Origin: an uncultured Bacilli bacterium
GTDB taxonomy: Bacteria > Bacillota_I > Bacilli_A > RF39 > UBA660
DNA length: 60,202 bases
Direction: 5' to 3'
NCBI GenBank assembly: GCA_944359085.1
Contig: CALVSQ010000002.1
Coordinates: forward strand, 1 to 60,202
The notes under the pieces were generated by a model. It made no database searches, had not been told where the DNA came from, and was given only the letters and a program-made list of their open reading frames with translations. Below are positions 27,150-35,827 of the stretch, piece by piece (the first letter of the stretch is position 1; the number at the start of each line of letters is the position of its first letter). Position numbers and translations under genes: made by a program.

Positions 27150-28858
27150 TTGTAAAAGGGGATAAAATAAACGATAGATATCAAATTATCAAAACTATTG
27201 GTGAAGGTGGCATGGCTAATGTTTATTTAGCTAAAGATACAATTTTAGATAGATATGTTGCTGTTAAAGTATTACGTGGCGATTTAGCAGATGACGAAAA
27301 ATTTGTAAGAAGATTTCAAAGAGAAGCATTATCAGCTAGTAAATTAAATCATCCTAATATTGTTGAAATGTATGATGTTGGAGAAGACAATGGTAGATAT
27401 TATATCGTAATGGAATATGTACAAGGTAAAACTTTAAAAAGTTTAGTTAAAAAAAGAGGAGCGTTAACATTACCTGAAGTGATCGATATAATGACTCAAT
27501 TATCTAGTGCGATTATGTGTGCTCATGATAGTTATATAATTCATAGAGATATCAAACCACAAAATGTTATGATATTAGATGATGGTAGAGTAAAAATAAT
27601 GGATTTTGGTATAGCTATGGCTTTAAATAGCAATGAATTAACGCAAACAAATTCTGTTATGGGTTCTGTTCATTATCTACCACCAGAACAAGCTAATGGT
27701 AGTGGTTCAACTATTAAATCTGATATTTATTCATTAGGAATTTTAATGTATGAATTATTAACTGGTAAAGTTCCTTTTAAAGGTGATAATGCAGTTGAAA
27801 TTGCTATTAAACAAATGAAAGAACCGATACCTTCTATTTGTAAACAAAATCCTGATATACCACAATCAGTTGAAAATATAGTTTTAAGAGCATGTGCTAA
27901 AAATCCTAAAAATAGATACGATTCAGTAAGAGAAATGTATGATGATATTAAATCATGTTTAACTGAAGATAATTTAAATCAAAAAAGATTAGTATATAAA
28001 TATCCAGAACATGAATTAGAGGAAACGAAAGAAATGCCTAATTTAAGTAGATTAGAAAAACATGAGGAGGTTAAAGAAGTGTCTAAACCAAAAAAGAAAT
28101 CAAAGAAAGACATCGCATTATGGATAACTGGTGGAATATTTGCATTATTAGTAGCTTTGATATGTTTGTTTATAATTATTTATCCTAAATTAGTAAAAGT
28201 TCCAGATGTAACAATACCTGATGTTAGTAATTTAACTGTAGTTGAAGCTGAAAGTAAATTAAAAGAATTAGGATTATTGGTTGCTAGTGATGTTGAGGAA
28301 AAAGAAAGTGATGAAGTTGAGCCTGGTAAAGTAATTGGTACTAATCCACAAGTTGGAAGAACAGTTAAAGAAGGAACAGAAGTAACAATTATAGTAGCTA
28401 AAGAAAGTGGTAATATAACATTAGAAGATTATACTGGTCAAAATTATAAAACAGTTGAAGCAAATTTAAAAAATGCTGGATTAAATGTTATAACAGAACC
28501 AAGAAAAATTGAAAAAGAAGAACAAGGTAAATACAAAGAAGGAACTATCGTAGATCAAAGTGCTAAAGCAGGTGACAAATTAGAACCAGGTGATACAATA
28601 GTTATATATTATGCTGTATTTACTGTTGAATATCCAGATTTTGTTAATGAAAATTATACTGTTGATATGGTTCAAGAATTTTGTGATAAGAATAATGTTA
28701 CATTAAATATAGAATATCAAACAGATGATACTTATCCAGAAGGAACAATTATTAAACAAAATAGAACAGGTGAAGTTATAAGTGGTTCAACACTTACTAT
28801 AACAGTTACTCAAAAAACAGTTGTAGAAACACCAGAAATACCAGAAGGAACAGAATAA
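27146..28858 (+). CDS. prkC: Ser/Thr protein kinase with PASTA repeats
   Basis: GEGGMANVY, VAVK, HRDIKPQN and DFG motifs, a TM segment, and three PASTA-like repeats. Confidence 0.9.
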   Translation: MIVKGDKINDRYQIIKTIGEGGMANVYLAKDTILDRYVAVKVLRGDLADDEKFVRRFQREALSASKLNHPNIVEMYDVGEDNGRYYIVMEYVQGKTLKSLVKKRGALTLPEVIDIMTQLSSAIMCAHDSYIIHRDIKPQNVMILDDGRVKIMDFGIAMALNSNELTQTNSVMGSVHYLPPEQANGSGSTIKSDIYSLGILMYELLTGKVPFKGDNAVEIAIKQMKEPIPSICKQNPDIPQSVENIVLRACAKNPKNRYDSVREMYDDIKSCLTEDNLNQKRLVYKYPEHELEETKEMPNLSRLEKHEEVKEVSKPKKKSKKDIALWITGGIFALLVALICLFIIIYPKLVKVPDVTIPDVSNLTVVEAESKLKELGLLVASDVEEKESDEVEPGKVIGTNPQVGRTVKEGTEVTIIVAKESGNITLEDYTGQNYKTVEANLKNAGLNVITEPRKIEKEEQGKYKEGTIVDQSAKAGDKLEPGDTIVIYYAVFTVEYPDFVNENYTVDMVQEFCDKNNVTLNIEYQTDDTYPEGTIIKQNRTGEVISGSTLTITVTQKTVVETPEIPEGTE

Positions 28859-29682
28859 TGGAAGGAAAAATAATCAAAATAATTAGTAATTCATTTACTG
28901 TTTTAAGTGATAAAGAATATGTTTGTAATGCTAGAGGAAAATTTAGAAATTTAAAAATTACTCCTTTAGTAGGAGACAATGTAGTTTTTGATAGTAATAA
29001 AAAAATTATTTTAAGTATCAAAGAAAGAAAAAACAGTTTAATAAGACCACCAATAGCTAATATCGATCAAGCTATTATAGTAGCAAGTGTAAAAGAACCT
29101 AATTTGGATTTGTATTTGTTAGATAAGTTATTATGTCTAATTGAATTTAATAATATAAAACCAATTATTTGTTTTACTAAATTAGATTTATTAGTTGATA
29201 GAACAAATATAGATGAGTTAAAAAAATATTATCAAAGTATTGGATATCAAGTTTATTATAATAAAGAAGAAAGCATTAAAAGTATATTTAAAGATAAAAT
29301 AACAGTAATAGCTGGTCAATCTGGTGCTGGGAAATCTACTTTATTAAATATTTTAGATAGTAATTTGAATTTACAAACTAATAATATTTCTAAAGCTTTA
29401 GGTAGAGGAAAGCATACTACTCGTCATGTAAATTTAATTAATATACTTGATGGGTGGTGTGCTGATACACCAGGATTTTCTAGTTTAGACTTAAGAGAAA
29501 TGAGTTTGTCTGATATAAGAGATAATTTTATAGAATTTAATTTATATCGTGATAAATGTGCTTATAAAGATTGTATGCATGATAAAGAAGATGATTGCGA
29601 AATAAAAAGAAGATTAAATAAAGATATATTAGAATCTAGATATAATAATTATATTAAATTAATAAGGAAGGAAAGAGTATGA
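28858..29682 (+). CDS. rsgA: ribosome small-subunit biogenesis GTPase
   Basis: GQSGAGKSTLLN, GRGKHTTR, DTPGF and a C-terminal Cys/His zinc motif. Confidence 0.9.
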   Translation: MEGKIIKIISNSFTVLSDKEYVCNARGKFRNLKITPLVGDNVVFDSNKKIILSIKERKNSLIRPPIANIDQAIIVASVKEPNLDLYLLDKLLCLIEFNNIKPIICFTKLDLLVDRTNIDELKKYYQSIGYQVYYNKEESIKSIFKDKITVIAGQSGAGKSTLLNILDSNLNLQTNNISKALGRGKHTTRHVNLINILDGWCADTPGFSSLDLREMSLSDIRDNFIEFNLYRDKCAYKDCMHDKEDDCEIKRRLNKDILESRYNNYIKLIRKERV

Positions 29683-30284
29683 AAATATCTGCCTCATTTT
29701 TAACAATAGATAATATAGATAATGTAAATAAATTGGTTGATTGTGATATTGATTATCTTCATTTAGATATAATGGATGGAATATTTGTTAACAATAAAAA
29801 TGAAGTAATTAATATTACTAATAAAAAACCTTTAGATGTTCATTTAATGGTAAATGATGTTTATAAATATATTGATATATATAAAAATTTAAATCCATTA
29901 TTTATAACATTTCATTATGAAGCTGTTACTGATGTATTAGAAGTTATTAACTATATTAAAAAATTTAATATTAAAGTTGGATTATCAATAAAACCATCTA
30001 CTAAAGTAGAAGAGATAATACCATACTTACCATATTTAGATTTAGTATTAGTTATGAGTGTTGAACCAGGTCAAGGTGGGCAATCATTTATTATGGATAC
30101 AGTTGATAAAATAAGAAAATTAAAAGAATTAAAAGGAAATTATTTGATTGAAGTTGATGGCGGAATTAATGATAATACTATTAATTTAATTAATGATGCT
30201 GACATAATAGTGGTTGGTAGTTATATTACTAGTGGAAATTATGAAGAAAGAATTAAAAATTTGAAGGAGAAAATTTATGGATGA
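29679..30284 (+). CDS. rpe: ribulose-phosphate 3-epimerase
   Basis: HLDIMDG, DVHLM, MSVEPGQGGQ and VDGGI motifs. Confidence 0.85.
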   Translation: MKISASFLTIDNIDNVNKLVDCDIDYLHLDIMDGIFVNNKNEVINITNKKPLDVHLMVNDVYKYIDIYKNLNPLFITFHYEAVTDVLEVINYIKKFNIKVGLSIKPSTKVEEIIPYLPYLDLVLVMSVEPGQGGQSFIMDTVDKIRKLKELKGNYLIEVDGGINDNTINLINDADIIVVGSYITSGNYEERIKNLKEKIYG

Positions 30285-30819
30285 TATTTTATTAGAAACA
30301 GAAACAAGAATGGAAAGTGCAATTGAATCTTTAGAAAAAAGATTAACAAATATTAGAGCGGGAAGAGCTAATCCTAGTATGTTGGATGGAGTGGTAGTTA
30401 ATTATTATGGTGTAGAAACACCTTTAAAACAGCTAGCTAATATTTCAATTCCAGAAGCAAGACAATTATGTATTAAACCTTTTGATAGAGGTTGTTTAAA
30501 TGCTATTGAAAAAGGAATATATGAAGCAAATATTGGATTAACTCCTAATAATAATGGTGAAATTATTATTTTAAATATTCCAGCTTTAACAGAAGAAACA
30601 AGAAGAGAATATGTAAAACAAGCTAAAAATGTTGCAGAAGAAGCTAAAATTGCTTTAAGAAATATAAGACAAGATGCTAATAATGAAACTAAAAAATTAG
30701 AAGTTCCAGAAGATGATATTAAATATTGTACAGAAGAAATTCAAGAATTAATTAATAAATATAATAAAATAGTTGATGAAAAATTAAGTATTAAAGAAAA
30801 AGAATTGTTAAGTGTATAG
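30277..30819 (+). CDS. frr: ribosome recycling factor
   Basis: IRAGRANPSMLD and AIEKGI..LTPNNNGE..IPALTEE.RRE are typical of RRF. Its start overlaps the rpe stop (ATGGATGA). Confidence 0.9.
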   Translation: MDDILLETETRMESAIESLEKRLTNIRAGRANPSMLDGVVVNYYGVETPLKQLANISIPEARQLCIKPFDRGCLNAIEKGIYEANIGLTPNNNGEIIILNIPALTEETRREYVKQAKNVAEEAKIALRNIRQDANNETKKLEVPEDDIKYCTEEIQELINKYNKIVDEKLSIKEKELLSV

Positions 30820-30828
30820 GGGGATTAT

Positions 30829-31956
30829 ATGAAAAAAGAAATTAATTATTCAAAATTAAATGATTTAATTTCATTATCTCATAATATATTAAAAATATTG
30901 TTTGTTTTATTAATTATAGTTGGATTATATGCAATTATTATGTTAATAAAAGAAGTACATATATTACCTTTTGTATTTTCTATTTTAAAGATAATAGCAC
31001 CACTTTTTATTGGAATATTTATAGCATGGTTATTTGATCCAATTGTTACAAAATTAGATAAAAAGGGAATTAGAAGATTAATTGGTACAATTTTATGTTA
31101 TGTTTTATTTTTAGGAATAATATTTTTAATTGTTTATGCAATAATTCCATTATTAGCAGAACAAATAAATGATTTTGTTACAACTACAATACCTTCTTTA
31201 TATGATACTTCTAAACAATGGATAGATAATATATTTAATAATATTAATAGTATTGAAGGAATTGATGCTATTGCAATGCGTAATGAAATATTTAAAAAAT
31301 TAGAATTAATGGCTACTAATTTAGCTAATTCTTTACCTGATATATTAGTGGTATCATTAAAAACAATATTTTCTTGGGTAGGTATATTTGGTATTGGATT
31401 AATTATTGGATTTTATCTATTATTAGATTTTGATAAAAATATTGATACTATTTATACTTTAATTCCAAAAAGATATCGTAAAGAGACTAAAAGATGTTTA
31501 ACAGCTGTTAATAAACCATTAAAAAGATTTGTTAATGGAGCATTATTAGATTGTACAGTTGTATTTGTTATAACAGCTATAGGTTTTTCATTCATAGGGT
31601 TAAAATCACCTTTATTGTTTGCTTTATTTTGTGCATTAACAAATGTAATTCCTTATGCTGGGCCTTATATTGGTGGAGCTCCAGCTGTATTTGTAGGACT
31701 TACTCAATCAACGCCAATTGGAATAGCAATTTTAATATTTATTATTGCTGTTCAAGCAATTGAAGGTAATTTCTTCCAACCTTTAATTATGAGTAAAACT
31801 ACTAAATTAAGCCCTGTAACTATTATTTTAGGGTTGTTAGTATTTGGTCATTTCTTTGGAATTTTAGGTATGATCATTTCAACACCTTTAATAGGAGCTA
31901 TCAAAGAACTAGTTAATTTCTTTGATGAAAAATATGATTTTTTAAATTTTGATTAA
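30829..31956 (+). CDS. AI-2E family transporter (PerM/YtvI-like)
   Basis: About 8 TM segments. The IPYAGPYIGG..P and EGN..QP.IMSK motifs are present. Confidence 0.8.
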   Translation: MKKEINYSKLNDLISLSHNILKILFVLLIIVGLYAIIMLIKEVHILPFVFSILKIIAPLFIGIFIAWLFDPIVTKLDKKGIRRLIGTILCYVLFLGIIFLIVYAIIPLLAEQINDFVTTTIPSLYDTSKQWIDNIFNNINSIEGIDAIAMRNEIFKKLELMATNLANSLPDILVVSLKTIFSWVGIFGIGLIIGFYLLLDFDKNIDTIYTLIPKRYRKETKRCLTAVNKPLKRFVNGALLDCTVVFVITAIGFSFIGLKSPLLFALFCALTNVIPYAGPYIGGAPAVFVGLTQSTPIGIAILIFIIAVQAIEGNFFQPLIMSKTTKLSPVTIILGLLVFGHFFGILGMIISTPLIGAIKELVNFFDEKYDFLNFD

Positions 31957-32008
31957 AACCTAATTAATTATTAGGTTTTTTATGTTATACTATATATGGT
32001 GAACATTT

Positions 32009-32533
32009 ATGGAATATATTAATAGAAATCCTAAAATATTTATTTTATCTGGTAAAGCTAAAAGTGGGAAAAATTATGTTGCTGATATTATAAGCGGTTA
32101 TTATAAAAATAGTATTCAAATATCTTATGCTTATTATTTAAAACAATATGTAAAAAAAATAAGTAATTGGGATGGAAGAGAAGAAACTAAGCCACGTGAC
32201 TTATTACAGTCATTAGGAATCGATTTGATAAAGAAAATAGATAAAGAATTATTAATTAGAAGAGTTATGGAAGATATAAAAGTATATAGTTATTTTTTTG
32301 ATGTTATTATTGTAACAGATGCAAGACTAAAAGAAGAAATAGATATACCTAAAAAAATATTTAATTGTATTACTATTAGAATTAACGGTAGTGATAATAA
32401 TTTAACGGACAAACAAAAGAATCATATTACAGAAATTGATTTAGATAATTACAATTTTGATTATGTTATAGATAATACAAATTTAAGTAAAACAAAAGAG
32501 GAAATATTAAAGATATTAGGAGGAATAAAATGA
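32009..32533 (+). CDS. P-loop kinase-like protein (dNMP-kinase-like guess)
   Basis: The Walker-A-like LSGKAKSGKN is atypical, with Asn in place of Ser/Thr. The gene is coupled to cmk by a 4-nt overlap. Confidence 0.4.
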   Translation: MEYINRNPKIFILSGKAKSGKNYVADIISGYYKNSIQISYAYYLKQYVKKISNWDGREETKPRDLLQSLGIDLIKKIDKELLIRRVMEDIKVYSYFFDVIIVTDARLKEEIDIPKKIFNCITIRINGSDNNLTDKQKNHITEIDLDNYNFDYVIDNTNLSKTKEEILKILGGIK

Positions 32534-33171
32534 TTGTAGCTATTGATGGACCTGCAGGAAGCGGGAAAGGTACAATTGCAAGTATCTTATCAAAAAAATT
32601 AAATTTAGTTAATATTGATACAGGAGCAACTTATCGTTGTGTTGCATTAAAAGCATTAAGAAATAATTTAAAAGTTGAAGATAAGGATGAAATAATTAAA
32701 TTATCAAATAATATTGATATAAAATTTGATTTAAATAATAATGTTTATTTAGATGGTGAAAATGTTACTAAAGAAATTAGAAGTAAAGAGGTAACTAGTA
32801 TTGTATCACCTATATCTAGTATTATTGAAGTAAGAAAAAACATGGTTGATTTACAAAGAAGATTAGGTAATTCTAATAATGTTGTAATGGAAGGTAGAGA
32901 TATAACAACAGTAGTATTTCCTAATGCGGACTATAAATTTTATTTGGATGCAACTTTAGAAGAACGTGTTAATAGAAGATATAAAGAATATCAAGAAAAA
33001 AACATTGATATGAGTTATGATGAAATATATGAAAATATTAAAGCTAGAGATTATAATGATTCACATAAAGAGGTTGGTTCATTGACAAGAACTGATGATC
33101 AAGTTTACATTGATTCTACTAATTTAACTATTGATGAAGTAGTAGAAAAATTTATTGAAGTAATTAAATAG
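32530..33171 (+). CDS. cmk: cytidylate kinase
   Basis: IAIDGPAGSGKGT, DTGATYR, GRDITTVVFP and RD motifs. Confidence 0.9.
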   Translation: MIVAIDGPAGSGKGTIASILSKKLNLVNIDTGATYRCVALKALRNNLKVEDKDEIIKLSNNIDIKFDLNNNVYLDGENVTKEIRSKEVTSIVSPISSIIEVRKNMVDLQRRLGNSNNVVMEGRDITTVVFPNADYKFYLDATLEERVNRRYKEYQEKNIDMSYDEIYENIKARDYNDSHKEVGSLTRTDDQVYIDSTNLTIDEVVEKFIEVIK

Positions 33172-33228
33172 GCTATTTTAGAATAGTCTTTTTTTATTGT
33201 GCATATATTTTATAAAAAGGAGGATTTT

Positions 33229-33507
33229 ATGGACAAGATAGATTCATTAAACAATTTAAATCATAATATAACTATTAATGAAAGAAAAAATATAATAATA
33301 AGTGGTGTGAAAAAAATAGAAAGTTTTGATAATGAAGAATTTTTATTAGAAACTACTATGGGAAATATTACAATAAAAGGTACTGAATTAGAAATAATCA
33401 AATTAGATACATATCAGGGTACAGTTTCAATTAAAGGAACAATAAATAGTTTAAGCTATGATAGTGTAAAAAAAGAAGAAGGAGTATTTAGTAAATTATT
33501 TAAATGA
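33229..33507 (+). CDS. yabP: sporulation protein YabP
   Basis: HNITINERKNIIISGVKKIESFDNEEFLLET..G.ITIKG.EL.I..LD is typical of YabP. AAGGAGG precedes ATG 33229. Confidence 0.8.
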   Translation: MDKIDSLNNLNHNITINERKNIIISGVKKIESFDNEEFLLETTMGNITIKGTELEIIKLDTYQGTVSIKGTINSLSYDSVKKEEGVFSKLFK

Positions 33508-33785
33508 TGACTTTAATTATTCAAATAAAAACTTTTTTAGTTTCTATATTATTTGGAATTTTATTTTCATTATTATTAGATATATTTTATAAACCAAAAC
33601 TTTTTAATATAATTTTATCACTAATAATTGTCATAGTATTTACATTAGCTTATTTTTTAATTTTACTTAAATTAAACAATGCTATAATTCATCCTTATTA
33701 TATTTTTTCATTTGTAATAGGTTTTTTGTTAGAATTTGGAATAAAAAAACTTCTAAAAAAAATTGTATTATTTAAAAAAAAATGA
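33504..33785 (+). CDS. yabQ: spore cortex biosynthesis protein YabQ
   Basis: Small 3-TM protein that overlaps the yabP stop (ATGATGA), matching conserved yabP-yabQ synteny. Confidence 0.65.
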   Translation: MMTLIIQIKTFLVSILFGILFSLLLDIFYKPKLFNIILSLIIVIVFTLAYFLILLKLNNAIIHPYYIFSFVIGFLLEFGIKKLLKKIVLFKKK

Positions 33786-33808
33786 TATAATTTTTTAGGA
33801 GGATAGGT

Positions 33809-34216
33809 ATGAAGAAAAAAGTTTCAAAAGCGTCTAAAAGAAGATTAATGATATTTGGAATTCTTTCTATTATGGCAATAGTATATTTTTTTGTTACTTT
33901 ATTCGGATATACTTATAGTTACATTTCTTTAAAAAAAGAAGAAAATAATTTAAAGAATCAATTAGTTTTTTTACAAGATAAAAAAGCTAATTTAAAGATA
34001 GAAATTCAAAAATTAAATGATCCAGAATATGTTGCTAGATATGCTAAAGAAAATTATTTGTATTCTGCTGATGGAGAATATGTTTTAAAAATAGATACTA
34101 ATGAGGAAACTGAAGATAATGTTGTTACAAATAATAATAATGTATATTACATTATTGGGATTATATTGTTTTTAATCTGTTTATTGATATTTAGAAGAAA
34201 GAAAAAAGAGAAGTAA
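33809..34216 (+). CDS. divIC: septum formation initiator (DivIC/FtsB family)
   Basis: N-terminal TM segment, a coiled coil, and LNDPEYVARYAKENY. Follows yabP-yabQ as in the Bacillus gene order. Confidence 0.7.
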   Translation: MKKKVSKASKRRLMIFGILSIMAIVYFFVTLFGYTYSYISLKKEENNLKNQLVFLQDKKANLKIEIQKLNDPEYVARYAKENYLYSADGEYVLKIDTNEETEDNVVTNNNNVYYIIGIILFLICLLIFRRKKKEK

Positions 34217-34226
34217 AATTCTCTTT

Positions 34227-34772
34227 TTATAGTTTAAAATCATTTGTAATATTGTCGTTCATATTTTTACCATCATAATAAGTTTTCTCTTTATTTTTTG
34301 ATAAAATAGCTACAATATTACTTGGAAATTTTCTAACTAATTTGTTATAATCAGTAATTATGTCGTTATAATATTTTCTTAATGCTGTTATTTCGTGTTC
34401 GCTTTCATTTAAGGAAATATCTATTTTTAATAAGGCATCACTTTCATTTAATTCTGGATAGTTTTCTTTATAATAATTAAATTCATTAATTGCTTCATAT
34501 AATTGTCGATCTAAATCAAAATTAGATAATTTTCTACTTCTTAATTTTACTATTAATCCTAAAACATCTTCTTCTGTATTTATATTACCTTTAATTATGT
34601 TTATTGATTTATTTAATAAGTCAAATCTTTTTCTTAAAGTAGTATCTATATTAGCTTCTACTTCATTTATTCTAATAATGAAGCTTTGAAATTTATTATA
34701 AGTATTAACATACCATACTAAAATTAAACAAATAATGATAATAATTATTAATGTTATAAAAAATGCACTCAT
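34227..34772 (-). CDS. lemA: LemA family protein
   Basis: N-terminal TM segment, YN.F......V.EA...ID..L.RR.DL and a YYN....YN....FPSN pattern. Confidence 0.8.
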   Translation of the reverse strand: MSAFFITLIIIIIICLILVWYVNTYNKFQSFIIRINEVEANIDTTLRKRFDLLNKSINIIKGNINTEEDVLGLIVKLRSRKLSNFDLDRQLYEAINEFNYYKENYPELNESDALLKIDISLNESEHEITALRKYYNDIITDYNKLVRKFPSNIVAILSKNKEKTYYDGKNMNDNITNDFKL

Positions 34773-34814
34773 CTATACTCACCATACTAATTATAACAAA
34801 TATTTTATTAAATA

Positions 34815-35159
34815 TCAATTATTTGGATAAAAATCTGGATCATAATTTATTGGTTCATCAAATGAAATATAATCTACATATATCATTAATAACATTTCCC
34901 AAACACCATTAGTTGGGTCACTTAATATTATGTGATCTCTTCCTGATTGTTCGATGATACCTGTAAATTCTAAATCACGCCACTCATTAGAATCAGGAAA
35001 TGTTTGATGTACTCTAACTTTTTTACCTTTATTTAATCTTAATATATTTTCAATATAAGATTGTTCAGGTGGAAGTGCCATTTGTTGATAATTTGTATTA
35101 CCAGGTGGGGTAGGTTTAACATATAATGGTTGCCCATTGTATTGATTATAATAATTCAT
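34815..35159 (-). CDS. gerQ: spore coat protein GerQ (YwdL-like)
   Basis: SYIENILRLNKGKKVRV..TF...EW......G.IE..GRDHIILSD......LLMIYVDYISFDE matches the GerQ C-terminal domain as I recall it. Confidence 0.65.
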   Translation of the reverse strand: MNYYNQYNGQPLYVKPTPPGNTNYQQMALPPEQSYIENILRLNKGKKVRVHQTFPDSNEWRDLEFTGIIEQSGRDHIILSDPTNGVWEMLLMIYVDYISFDEPINYDPDFYPNN

Positions 35160-35230
35160 AAAATTCTCCTCTCATAATAAAATATATTAAAAATTATTAA
35201 AAATATGATATAATTATAAAGGTGATATAT

Positions 35231-35782
35231 ATGAAAATAAAAGTTGGCGTTTCTAATCGTCATGTTCATTTAAAACAAAGTGATTTAGATATTTTATTTG
35301 GTGGTGAATTAACTGTTAAAAATAATTTGACACAACCTGGTCAATTTGCATGCAACGAAACAGTAACTATTAAAACTAATAAATCAGAAATTAATAATGT
35401 AAGAGTTTTAGGTCCTACAAGAAATTATACTCAAGTTGAAATTTCTAAAACAGATGCCTATAAGTTAGGATTAAATCCTCCCGTTAGAACATCTGGTGAT
35501 TTAGATGGTAGTGAAGTTGTTACTATAATAGGGCCCAAAGGAACTATTGAAACTAATGGTTGTATTATAGCTGATAGACATATTCATGTTACTTATGAAG
35601 ATAAATTAAAATATAATTTACCTGATAAAGTTAATATTAAAATTGATGGTATTAAAAAAGGAATTATTGAAGTTAATTTAAAACCAAGTGAAGTAGCATT
35701 TTTTGAGTTACATTTGGATACTGATGATGCTAACGCATTTTTAATTAAAAATGGTGATGAAGTAGAAATATTAGATATGTGA
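35231..35782 (+). CDS. pduL: phosphate propanoyl/acetyl-transferase PduL
   Basis: The repeated VGVSNRHVHL and IIADRHIH motifs are the duplicated PduL domain signature. Confidence 0.8.
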   Translation: MKIKVGVSNRHVHLKQSDLDILFGGELTVKNNLTQPGQFACNETVTIKTNKSEINNVRVLGPTRNYTQVEISKTDAYKLGLNPPVRTSGDLDGSEVVTIIGPKGTIETNGCIIADRHIHVTYEDKLKYNLPDKVNIKIDGIKKGIIEVNLKPSEVAFFELHLDTDDANAFLIKNGDEVEILDM

Positions 35783-35827
35783 TATAGTAGGAGTTAGATA
35801 ATATGAATAAAATAGCAAATAGCAAAA

